A stretch of 45,053 bases of DNA from Fonticula-like sp. SCN 57-25 (lineage: Eukaryota), in NCBI GenBank assembly GCA_001724245.1, contig MEDX01000023.1, positions 1 to 45,053 of the forward strand. Direction: 5' to 3'. A program made the translations under genes and the position numbers. The stretch's first letter is position 1. Every line of letters starts with the position of its first letter. Below, piece after piece: positions 11,037-21,298 of the stretch. The notes beneath the pieces are model-generated. The model made no database searches and had not been told where the DNA came from. It saw only the letters and a program-made list of their open reading frames with translations.

Positions 11037-11517
11037 ATGCTCGCGCGGTATCGGGGCTACGCCCTCGAGATCAACACGGCGATCGAGACGCCGATGATGC
11101 TGTTGGCGTTTCTTGCGCCTCGTTTTCTTTTCTGCTTTCTCCCGGCTGATATGACGCTGCCGGCGTACCTGTACGGGGCTGCCATCGCTGCCGTGGCGGC
11201 GACGTCCGCGTCGGCCATCGGTGCGCACTCGTATTCTGTTTACTTTGCTAACGTCTGCGCGTCAAATAGCGTCGGGTGACGAGACTGCGCGTCGCGTTGC
11301 TGCGCGTGGCGTCGTGGCGTATCATATCATGATCATGGTTGTGGCCTTTCTCTGCCTCTTTTCCGGCGCCCGCTTGGTGCTCCCGTCGCCGTACGACACG
11401 TTCGAGTGGCGCGTGGCGCAGGTGGCCGCCGTGTGTGGGGCGCATATTCCCTTGTCATATCTGTTGCTTTCCTACTCCTTTTACGGTGACTACGTTCCCA
11501 AGGGTAAGCGCTCGTGA
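11037..11517 (+). CDS. Hypothetical membrane protein (143 aa, about 4 TM), C-terminal KxKxx
   Basis: Two exons (intron 11221-11269) join in frame; hydrophobic segments; ends PKGKRS. Confidence 0.7.
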
Positions 11518-11724
11518 GCGCGCCCTCCAATGATTGTATTGTATTGTCAAGCGAATCGACTAGCTTGTAACCTACTTGTGGTGTAAGCGGGTTTGAATAA
11601 CAGTTTTACTTTAGTTCTTCTTGTGCGCATAATTATATCTGTATAGGTAAGTGAATTCGGCGAGGGTTTCGTCGCTTGCACTGATCAAAAATACACTGTT
11701 TTGCAACGTTCGAGATGAAAAATA

Positions 11725-11736
11725 TATCGTATGACA
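11725..11736 (+). promoter_or_regulatory. SRE-like element upstream of INSIG
   Basis: TATCGTATGACA, identical to a 12-mer upstream of cytochrome b5; CCAAT boxes follow at 11877 and 11929. Confidence 0.5.
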
Positions 11737-12106
11737 CTGTTCCTTCTCCTAGCGCATTCCAATGTTTACCTCTAGCCCCGCCCCTCGCCCCGTCTCCTTG
11801 AATAGATACATTGTTAACTGCGTCTACTGCTGCTAGCCAAGCTGCTTTCTCGACTATTTTTGAAAGTTTGAATCAGCCAATCAGACGCGCCCGATCCGAT
11901 TTATTGTGTATGGCACCACCGTTATGGGCCAATGGTATCAACATATCCACGTGGCCGCATCGCTGGCGTTCAGAGTTGCCAGGTGGGCTGACGGTGGGCT
12001 GTTCTGTTGACGCGGGGCTTGTTGTTGCGCGCACCGCACACGGAGTGCTCGCTGGTTTTCCTCCTCTGTAGACACCGCCCCTTGCTTTTTGTTGTCGCTT
12101 CTTGTC

Positions 12107-12814
12107 ATGTCGCCCGGCGCTACCGACGCGTCAGTGATGAATTTTACCGCGCTCGACTACAGCGCGTCGTCGTCGCCTCGGCGGTCGCATGGCGGCTCCG
12201 ACGCGTTCCAGTCTGCGTCGGTAAAGCTGGCGAGCGCGGTTTTGCTTCTCATGACGATGGGAGCTGTTCTCTCGACGATGTTTGCGCTTCTCCTTTCACA
12301 GTACAAGGTGACTGTTAACCCGCTGATGGCGGCGATCCCGCCGTGGGTGCCGCTCGTGTGTGGCCTGAGCGCGGTCCTGGTTGGTTACGCGTACCCGTTT
12401 GTTGACGCGCTCGTGCTCGGCCGGCCGCTGCGCTCAGACATGATCCCCGGCTGGCCGGCGGTCATCCGCGCGATCGGCGTCTTTTTGGGCGTTAGCTACG
12501 GCGCTTCAAAGCTGTCGTACGCGTTTTCCGTGCAGCTCGCGTTCGCCACGGCGGTCGTCGCCGTCGGCCTGTGGTACTTTTTTGACAAGACGTCGCACGG
12601 GTTTCTGCTCAGCTTTATCGTCGCCGTTGCCGGGACGGTGTGCGTGCGCCTCTTTGTGTCGTCGGGCTCCTATGGGTTCGTCAAGGCCGACTTTTTGGGT
12701 GTCCGGTCGTGGATCCCGTGCATCTTTTTCGCAGCCGGCGTCGTCTTTGGGGCGACAGGGAGGAGGCTGGCAGTATACCAAGGGCTTCACTTTGGAACAA
12801 AGCTGAAGCAGTAG
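12107..12814 (+). CDS. INSIG: Insulin-induced gene protein (INSIG)
   Basis: PPWVPLVCG...GYAYPFVD...WPAVIRAIGVFLGVSYGASKL...LWYFFDKTSHGF...DFLGVRSWIPCIFFAAGVVFGATGRRLA matches the INSIG six-TM pattern. Confidence 0.95.
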   Translation: MSPGATDASVMNFTALDYSASSSPRRSHGGSDAFQSASVKLASAVLLLMTMGAVLSTMFALLLSQYKVTVNPLMAAIPPWVPLVCGLSAVLVGYAYPFVDALVLGRPLRSDMIPGWPAVIRAIGVFLGVSYGASKLSYAFSVQLAFATAVVAVGLWYFFDKTSHGFLLSFIVAVAGTVCVRLFVSSGSYGFVKADFLGVRSWIPCIFFAAGVVFGATGRRLAVYQGLHFGTKLKQ

Positions 12815-12959
12815 CCCGCCAACTTTTGCACAGGCCGCTTCGTATATGTTTGTGTACAATTGCATTTTTGTTAGCATCGATCTAGATAGTGCGTGTATGT
12901 TACATTGAGATATGATACATGAATAGGATACAGTAAACATAATATACATATATCATACA

Positions 12960-15697
12960 TTACAGCTCGGTAATCGTGTCGGCAAACTCGGCCCGCAGAA
13001 TGTGAAGCGTGCGCATTGTGAGCGCCACCATGTACCTCGATCGCCGCTGGTCGTCGAGCGCGCGGCTCAGCTCTGGCCGGCCAAAGAGGGCGAGCACACG
13101 GCGCTGGTCCTCTACCTGTCCCTTGGCAGCCAAGTGCACTGTAAAAATATTTAGAACACAATGAGCAGTAAGAAATTAGCGCGTACGTGCGACGATCTCG
13201 AGTGCCGCTGGCTCGTAGAGGCACTCGACATGCGGGCTCGCCGCGCTGCCCATCTGCACGGCCAGTCGCACGTACTCTAAACAGGCGCTCACCTGTACAT
13301 TCTGGCACAGCAGCGCAGCATAAAGAAACTCTAAAGAAAAGTTAGCGCGTGATTCCTATCGTATATAAGCGCACCGTTCAAATGATCGCAGCACGAAATC
13401 ATGAGGTGCCACACGACAAAGCGCGGCGCTTCGGGCCGCAGCTGCCTCGCGGCATTTCCCGACGTGTCAACCGGTTTCTCGGGCCCGCCCAGCAACGGGA
13501 TCCGATCCTGCCAGAGGACGCGCTCGGGCAAGTCCGACTGAAGCAGGTTGGCGAGCGACTCGCGGTACTCGCGCGCCCAGAACGACAGGAAAGCGCGCAG
13601 GAGAATGACGTTTGAACGCTCGCGCTCGCGCAGCCACTCGTCCACAAGGTGCCTGCACAGCAACGCCGCCACGCGGCCGTACGAAATAAGCGCGCGGGAC
13701 GCGTCCGGGGCGGGCCACGCGGACTTTACATCCTGCGGCACCTTGGCCGGCAGCTCGCTCGCGTCGAGCAGCAGCATATAGAGCGGCGCCACCATTGGGT
13801 ACAGGCCGTTGACGCACTCTGTCGGCGTCATCGAAAAGGGATGCGGAGCCACTGACGGCGTCTTGGCAGCGCCCTTGTCGTCCACGTAACCTCGAACGGC
13901 GACGGCGACAAAAAGCTGAAAGAGAACAAGCGCGTCGGTCGCGCTGAGGGACTCGACGAGGGGGAGGAGAGCCGCGCTACTTGCTTCCAGGTCGTCGGCC
14001 GCGGCGATGCGCAATGTAATATCGCGGGCAGTTGCGGCCAAGGCGCGCACGGCCGCAAGGTCGTTGACGATCGGCGAGCCGCCGGGCGCCGCAGTCTTTC
14101 CATGCATCGCAGCCGACACTGTCGCGATTGTGTCGCGGGCCTGCGCAATCTGCCACGCGAGCGCGCCGACTTGAATGACGAGGCGCGCTTGCGCGACGTG
14201 TGCATCGGCGGCACCGCACCGCGCAAGGTGAGCGTCGACGGCGTCGGCAAAGCGCAAAGAGGCGTCGTCCGAAAGGACAGCGTGTACCGCGGCGGCCTGC
14301 GCGAGCACCTTGACTGGCAGCAGTCCAGACGACGCGTTCAGGCACCACATTGCATTCTCGGAAAGGACGCCATCGTCCATCTTTGACGGATCCAGGCGAC
14401 GCGCGGCAAAGTCGCATTGAAGCAGGCCGACGGCGGCCGACGCGTGGTTGCCCGACGACGACTCGTTGGCCGCTACGATGGAAAACATTTGGCGCGCAGA
14501 GGCAATCTCGCCGCGCGCCAAAAGGCGCGAAGCAGTCGCGAGCAAAAGGACGCCCGAGTCGGACGGAAGGAACGTCGGCGGAAGATTCGCGGCGGCGCTT
14601 TGAAGCGACACCGTGTCCTTGGCAGCGAGCACATCGCGGACGCGCAGCAGCATGTCGACACCTTTGGCGCTGCGCCGCTGTTCGCGACCGACGGCGCGGA
14701 CGCCCGCAAGGCCGGCAATTTCGTGCTCGAGATCCTTGTCGACGCTCCCGACAACGTCAAGCAAGTCGGGCTGCGCGCGAATCTTTGCCAGGGCGGGGAG
14801 GCCAAAGGCCGAAGCGCGGCCGGCCGGGCGGCGGAGGGCAATGCACGCGCGCAAACGGACAAACTGTGCGTCCGTCAGGCGCGGCGCAACGCGGTCACAC
14901 AGCGTGCATAAAAGCGCCACGGGGACGGACGAAAGCGAGGCGGCGTGGCAGAGCGCGTCCACATTGCTCTCGTCAGCGGCAGCCAGGGCGAGCTGGATGG
15001 GCGTTGGTGACGTTGGCGAGCCCGTGGCAAGCGCGACTATGCGCTCAAGTCCTTCGAGTGTGCGTCGTTGAGAGTCGGAGACCCGCATGTTTGAGCGTTG
15101 GAGGTCGGGCACGCGCGCTAGCAGCTGCTTTGCTTCATCCATTGCGTCGACGCGCACATAGTAGGAGGCCACCTCGATGAGCGTGGCGAAAGAAGCTGAC
15201 GCGCCGAGCGAGTCAAGGCAAGCAACAAGCTCATTGGCAACGTCGGAGAGCGACGTGAGGGGCTGGTTCCGCGGCGGGGCGCCGCTGATCTTGAGGTCGG
15301 CGAGGGGCATCGCGACGCGGACCCGCAAAAGGCCGCGGCATGCCCACACGGTTGATTCTAGCGTATTCTGCGCCGCAACGGCGCTCAACAAAAAGGGACG
15401 CAATGCCGGCGACAGTTCAAGTGCTTCTATCTCGTCATGCGACAAGCCGCACTGCATAATCACCCGGGCGCTGAGAGTGAGGAGTGAGCGCTCCCACTTT
15501 GTCGCCTCTGGCGTCGGCTGCTCGAGCAGGGTCCTGTACTGCGTCCTCTCTGTCATTTGCCGCACAAGATCCACCGCTGTAGACCTAGACGCCTCTGAGC
15601 GGTTGACATTCGCAGCCAAGACGTCCACTAGTGTGGGGTCCGCTAAAAGCTGGAAGAACTCGCTGGGCAGCTCCGCCGCCACCGCAGCAGCCTCCAT
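12960..15697 (-). CDS. INTS8: Integrator complex subunit 8-like
   Basis: N-terminal EFFQLLADPTLVDVL...AVDLVRQM...ERSLLTLSARV and spliced C-terminal MISCCDHLNEFLYAALLCQ...ALEIVALHLAAKGQVEDQRRVLALFGRPELS parallel recalled human INTS8 termini (WFEFLL..., MIKCCSLLNCHTQVAILCQ...IGQTELN). Two introns near the 3' end. Confidence 0.75.
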
Positions 15698-15822
15698 CGC
15701 CGCAAACTGCAATCTAGTTTACGAAACCGGATTTTATTGACGCCATGTTTCTGTAAAAATTCCCATCTGATTATTCTCTGCGTGGTCGGGGCGAGGCTCG
15801 ACGCTGGTAGCGTGTGCCGGGA

Positions 15823-16777
15823 ATGATGTTAGAGTGCACGCGCGATGGGCTTGTGCACATTGCGCTTTGGACGGCGCTCTTTTTCGTTGTCCGCGTCGCA
15901 TTTGCCGGCCCGTTCACTCGCTGGGTTCTTCCCGTACGGCGCTCGCTGATCTCGCGTGGGCGGTTGCTGACAGTGCGTTTGTCGAGCAGCAGCTCGAGGG
16001 CGAAAAGTCGCTGCTATGGAGTAACACCGCCGTGAGCTATATCCACGCGGTTATTGTTGCCGTTGGCAGCAGCTACCTGTACGCGATCGGCTGCGCCGCG
16101 TCGAGATCGCTTACATCGCCGTTGCTAGATTCCTGAGAGAGCCTGCCTCGCGTGCCGATCTCATCTACACGCAGAGCGACGTCGCTCGCCATGTGCTTGC
16201 CCTCTCGACTGGTACGTTGCTTTTGTCTCGTTTGGATTTGTGCTGATCTTGGGTTTCAGGGTACTTTATCGCAGATACGTTCGACATGCTCCGCAACCGC
16301 CTCTACTTTAGGGTTCCCTCGATCTACCTCCACCACGGCATCGTGCGTTGCCCACACGCTTTATTTTCACTTGCTCATGGTGCTTTTCTCTAGATCCTCG
16401 CCACATTCGTGTCTGCATGCGCCGTGTGCCTGTTCCACCCCTACATGGTCGGCACGCTCCTCGTCGAGATCAACGGCGTGTTCCTCCACCAGCGCGGTCT
16501 CTGGAAGGAAGCCGGCCGCAACACGTCGTCTCTCCTCTACCGCATTAACCTCTTCTTCCTTTTCGCCACGTTTTTGCCGTTCCGCATGGGCGTCCACGCC
16601 TACCTCTTCTACCGCGTCATCATCGACTACTACGCCTTCCCGACGCTCTACTCTTTCGCGCTCGCATTCGGCGGCCTTCTCATCATGAACGTGTACAATA
16701 CCCACCTGCTGCGCGGCCTCTACCGCTCGGACATTGCAAAGCGCAGGCCCAAGGTGACTCCTACCAAGGCCGAGTAA
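15823..16777 (+). CDS. TLC (TRAM/LAG1/CLN8) domain membrane protein, TLCD1/2-like
   Basis: WSNTAVSYIHA...STGYFIADTFDM...YLHHGI...LLVEINGVFLH...FLPFRM; four introns; ends TKAE. Confidence 0.88.
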
Positions 16778-17044
16778 TGTAGACGGCCAATACTAAAAAA
16801 ATGGGGCATTTTGCCTTTCGTTGCCTATTTTTTGCGTCTTTTTTGATTAATACATAATTCCGTTTGTTTACCTTTTGAGCACGCTGTCCATGGCTCGCCA
16901 TTCGCACGCGCAAATTGCGGCGCTCTTTGCTTTGGTAAAGTATGTGGGATTCGGTGGCGGCGCTCAGCCAGCAACGTCACCTTCAAATTGACCAATCAGA
17001 TCGCTTCATCCGTCGTTGTTTTTTCCCTTTGGCGGCGGGGCGGC

Positions 17045-18396
17045 ATGGACGGCTCGTCGGGGTCAGCGATAGTATCGCTGGCTGTCGGCGTTGGCGCGGC
17101 CCTCTACTTGCTTTATTCTCGGGGAGTCGCAGGCGATGTTCATGCGCGCGATGGCCGAATGGAGCATCATCAGCGGTCGAGGGGAAAGGCGAGCAGCACA
17201 AGCAGCGTGGATTCTGTAACGTCGTCGTCTTCGTCCTCGGGATCATATAGGCAGTCGTCTGTGAATTCGGTTCGTTCATTCGTAAAGCGATAGTATTAGT
17301 ATTAACACATGTGTGCAGGTGGCGAGGCGGCAGCTCTTTACTGAAACGGAGGATGAAGACGTGCGAGCTTGGCGGGAGCGCAATTTGGTAATTAACGGTC
17401 GGCCTGTAGGATGAGGATTTTTTCGAAGATTTGTCGTTCCGCGGAGTCGATCCCGTTCTTCGCCTTGTTCGCCCGAATGACGACGTTAGCGGGTTTGTCT
17501 TTGTTGCTTTTGTCTTTGTTTTTATTGACATTTCCGCCTGTCAGGCTCGAAATTCTTGATGATGACTTTGATGAGCGCGCCCGCCGTCGCCTTCCTCACC
17601 GCGCCCCCCTCACGTCTACTCCGATCCCGTCCTCGCGCCCTGTCTCTCTTGCGCCGCAGTCGGCGCCGTCGCGCGTCCCGTCGCACTCTTCGACGCCCGG
17701 CAGCAACGGATCGCACCCGCTCACGCCCGTCCCGCAGCGTGTTCGCCCTGCCACCGGCGCGCAGACTGCCATGCGCGCCCCGAGCAGCGGCGCGTCCAAG
17801 ACGCCCGGGAAGCGGTCCGGCGGCCGCGGCCCCTTCCTTATCCGCAATTTGAACTCTACGATGACAGCAAAGGTGCTCGGCGAGATGACGTACAACCCCG
17901 AGTCGTGCTCGTGGGAGGGCAACGACGAGGCGGCGAGCATTTTTGACCAGCCTGCGCCGCGTGCGCGCCCCGCCCTCGTGTCGAACTTTGGCGGCGCGTC
18001 GAGGCCGCAGGTCGTGAACGGCATGGTGTACGACCCCAAGCAGCGGCTCTGGCTCGGCAACGAGGCCGAGGCGGACCCCTTCAAGGACATTGACGCCTTG
18101 CCCACATCAGAGGACGCCCAGTCTGGTCACTGTGCGTTGTTGTTTCTCTTGTGGCATTTGACTAATTTTCGATGTAGTGAGCGGCGGAACGGCGTTTACG
18201 GTGACGCCGGCAATGATGGAAAACTGGCGGCAATCAGAGGTGCAGCATAAGCGCCTGGTGGCAAACTGGCAGCAGTTCCAGAACCTCGACCACCTCGAGC
18301 ACCTCCACATGATTCGCGATGTACGCTTCTTTATTGTGTGTGGCTTGAATATTGACTTTCTGTGCGCCGTAGATCGCCTCCAAGCTTTCGTCATAG
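17045..18396 (+). CDS. Byr4/Bfa1-like GAP scaffold (SIN/MEN) with a hydrophobic N-terminus
   Basis: Two imperfect repeats, GEMTYNPESCSWEGN and NGMVYDPKQRLWLGN, plus PALVSN and DPFKDID; five GT-AG introns. Confidence 0.75.
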
Positions 18397-18716
18397 TCGA
18401 GTACATTTAGCTTTTATATTGTATATATTATGCCCATTATATCTGTTTTTCGTTTTAATAACCAAGGTTCTTTTTGCCATTCCACGGTTCCACTGTACCT
18501 GTTGCCGTATATATTACAGTTTCCATTATTGTGTTTCGATTCCCACGGTTGGCTTCTCGATTGTCGAGACGTTCGATTCCCGCCAGATTTCCAATCAGGG
18601 CACCAATCAAACGCATTCATCGTGCACGTGCACCACGCGGCCATGACGTTGGGCGACAACATCTGAGGCGGGCTGCGCCGCACTTGCACGCGTTCTCGTC
18701 CTTGGCGGTGCATACC

Positions 18717-20120
18717 ATGTCGCGGATCGGCACTATTGCGCTGGTTGCGGCGCTCGCCGTGCTGGCGAATGCGCAGTTTGAGCTCAAGTACCACATGGCG
18801 TCCAAGACGGCGTACTACCCGCTGCAGTCGTTTGAGGATCACACGCCGGCCCCTGCTGGCTGCACCCCGCGCCACGTGAACCTGGTGGCGCGCCACGGCA
18901 CGCGCAACCCTGGCGATGGCGATATCGAGTTCTTTGACGAGCTCGAGGCCAAGATTGCTTTCTATGCTGAGGACATCAACCCGGATCACGCTTGGATGCT
19001 GTCGTACCGCAACCCGTTCGAGATGGCCAACGAGGGCAAGCTCCTCCCGATCGGTCGCCAGGAGCACTACGAGATGGCGCAGCGTTTCAAGAAGGCTTAC
19101 CCGACCGTGTTCAACCACTCGTACGACAGCGACCGCTTTGCCTTCCGTGGCACCCAGGAGCAGCGGTACGCTCATTGCACAACTCTTGTTTCGCGTCGCT
19201 AATACCCCCTAGTGCTGGTCTGAGCGCGTCTTCGTTCGGCTTTGGTCTTTTCGAGGGCGAGGGCACGCTGGGCGAGTCCAAGTTTGAGCCCGTCTTTGTG
19301 CTGTCCGACACCACTGAGCAAGACAACATCCTCCAGTACTATGAGAACTGCGATCTGTACGTCGAGATGGTCGATAACAACGACACTGCCAACCTCGAGA
19401 CTGAGATCTACATGTCGATGATTCTGCCCGACATTGCCGCCGACCTGACCCGCGCGCTGACTGTGAACGGCGCGTGGCAGGTGACTGAGGACGAGGCGTT
19501 TGGCATCTACGCCGCGTGCCAGTTTGACGCCACCATCTTTGACAAGACTGACGAGTGGTGCAGCTTCTTTACCCAGCAGCAGATCGAGGACTTTGAGTAT
19601 GCCGAGGGTACGTTAAATAATTGTCGGCGCATTTTGGGTTTGGTGGCTGACTCATTTCGTAGATCTTGACGACTACTACACCAAGTCGTACCCCTACGAG
19701 ATCAACTACCGCATGACGTCCGAGCTCATCAAGGACGTTGTCTTTGCCATGCAGGACGCGCAGGCCAACGAGACGCCGCAGAAGGCCAGCCTTCGCTTTG
19801 CCCACTCGTCGACGGTCGTCCCGCTGTTTGCGGCGTTTGGCCTGTTCCGCGACGAGCCCCTGCTCCGCGCCGACTCGTCCGCGAGCGCCATTGCCGCCCG
19901 CCAGTTCAGGACGTCGATCCTGTCGCCCATGGGCACCAACTTTGCCTTTGTGCTGTACGACTGCGGCGAGGAGACGGACGCGCTCGTCAAGGTGCTCCAC
20001 AACGAGATGGAGATCACCGTCGCCGGCTGCAGCGACATCTACTGCCCGCTCCAGCAGTTTGTCAGCGCGTACGAGTCGTACGTGTCGGCCGACTTTGAGG
20101 AGGTTTGCGCGTTCCCTTAA
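18717..20120 (+). CDS. MINPP1: Histidine acid phosphatase, MINPP1/phytase-like, with signal peptide
   Basis: Signal peptide, RHGTRNP catalytic motif, LRFAHSST; two introns. Confidence 0.85.
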
Positions 20121-20229
20121 GGAGTGCGAGGGAGATATGCGATGAAAATAAGGCATGAAATTGTACACGGTAGATATGGAAATAAAGAGAGAGAAAGCGA
20201 GCAAAAAGGAAATAGACTGAAATGCGTCG

Positions 20230-20690
20230 TTAATGTATTACCGGCAGGAGCGGCCGCGCCATGATATTGTCAAAGTCCAGCGTGCGGTCAAGCTCGTCGT
20301 CGAGCTCGCCAACCAGCGTGCTGTGCGGGCATGTTAGAGTGCGGGTCAAAGGGAGATTACGCAGCGTACATGGTGTCGCCGCGAACAATATAGAGGCCGA
20401 GCGGCATCAGCTCGACGCCCTGCGACTCGGAAAAGATGCGCTCGTGTGACTCGGCGAGAATAAGGTTGAGCGTTTGGTCGAACCCTTTCAGCGTGCCCTA
20501 TGATAGAGTTGTCAGTTGGCGGGCGGCACGGTGGACGAGGTGCTACGTACGACGATAATGCGCGCGTCATTTGTCACAACCAGCACCGTCTCTGTAAAAC
20601 AATAAAACAGGTCAGCACGCTCACATACGTACACATAAAATAGCGAAAGGAACGAGGCGCACGGTCGACAAGATGCTGCAGCTCGGACAT
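20230..20690 (-). CDS. LSM8: U6 snRNA-associated Sm-like protein LSm8
   Basis: Four exons: MSELQHLVDQTVLVVTNDARIIVGTLKGFDQTLNLILAESHERIFS...PLGLYIVRGDTITLVGELD...PLLPVIH. Confidence 0.95.
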
Positions 20691-20758
20691 TGCGCGCGGC
20701 CACCGGTCTGAAAGAGAACGAAACGACAATCCACGTGGCCACATTCGGACCAGCCATC

Positions 20759-21160
20759 ATGCCGCAAGGGTCGTCCTCGAAGCCGCCAAAGCTTGCGCCC
20801 AAGATGAAGCGCGCGCCCACGGCGACGCGTGGCCGTACGTAGAATACACTATGAGCAGGGAATGGGAGTTGGTGGTGTTGCTTTTAGGGACTTGACGGTT
20901 GATGGCAATGTCTCACGTTGTTTCCGAACAGGCAAGGCGATTGCGCCTAAGAAGCCACAGCTCGTGGCCCAGGCCAAGCTCCAGAAGGTGCGTCGCTTGC
21001 TCTGCTATTCATGCCTTTTGCTTATTTTATTTCTCTGCAGCAATTGAGCAAGGCTGTCAACGAGCGCTTTGAGGGCGCGCTTGTCAGCAAGGCGAGTCAG
21101 CACAAGGCGCTCCGCGTGCTCAAGGAGGCCAAGCCGGACACGTCCGCCACCACCGCCTAA
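20759..21160 (+). CDS. C19orf53: UPF0390 / Leydig cell tumor 10 kDa protein homolog
   Basis: Three exons: MPQGSSSKPPK...RGRKAIAPKKPQLVAQAKLQKQLSKAVNERFEGALVSKAS...LRVLK. Not represented intact in the ORF track. Confidence 0.85.
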
Positions 21161-21298
21161 GCTTGAAACTCAGCGCCTTTTGCTGCAAGTCGCTCTTTTT
21201 GTGTAGTAAACCTGTTCTGACCCCTTTCTTTTGTGTGGCGCAAACGTTTGTTCAAAGTAACAATACATTGGTGTGTGTGTACATATTCGTCAGCATGA

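Noticed and set aside
11520-11980. Long AT-rich intergenic stretch as a possible ncRNA locus
   Set aside because: No recognisable tRNA or snRNA structure; adequately explained as a 3' UTR plus the INSIG promoter.
15714-15746. 10-codon upstream ORF (MASIKSGFVN) on the minus strand before INTS8
   Set aside because: Out of frame with INTS8 and probably upstream of the TSS within a 125-bp divergent promoter; no evidence that it is transcribed.
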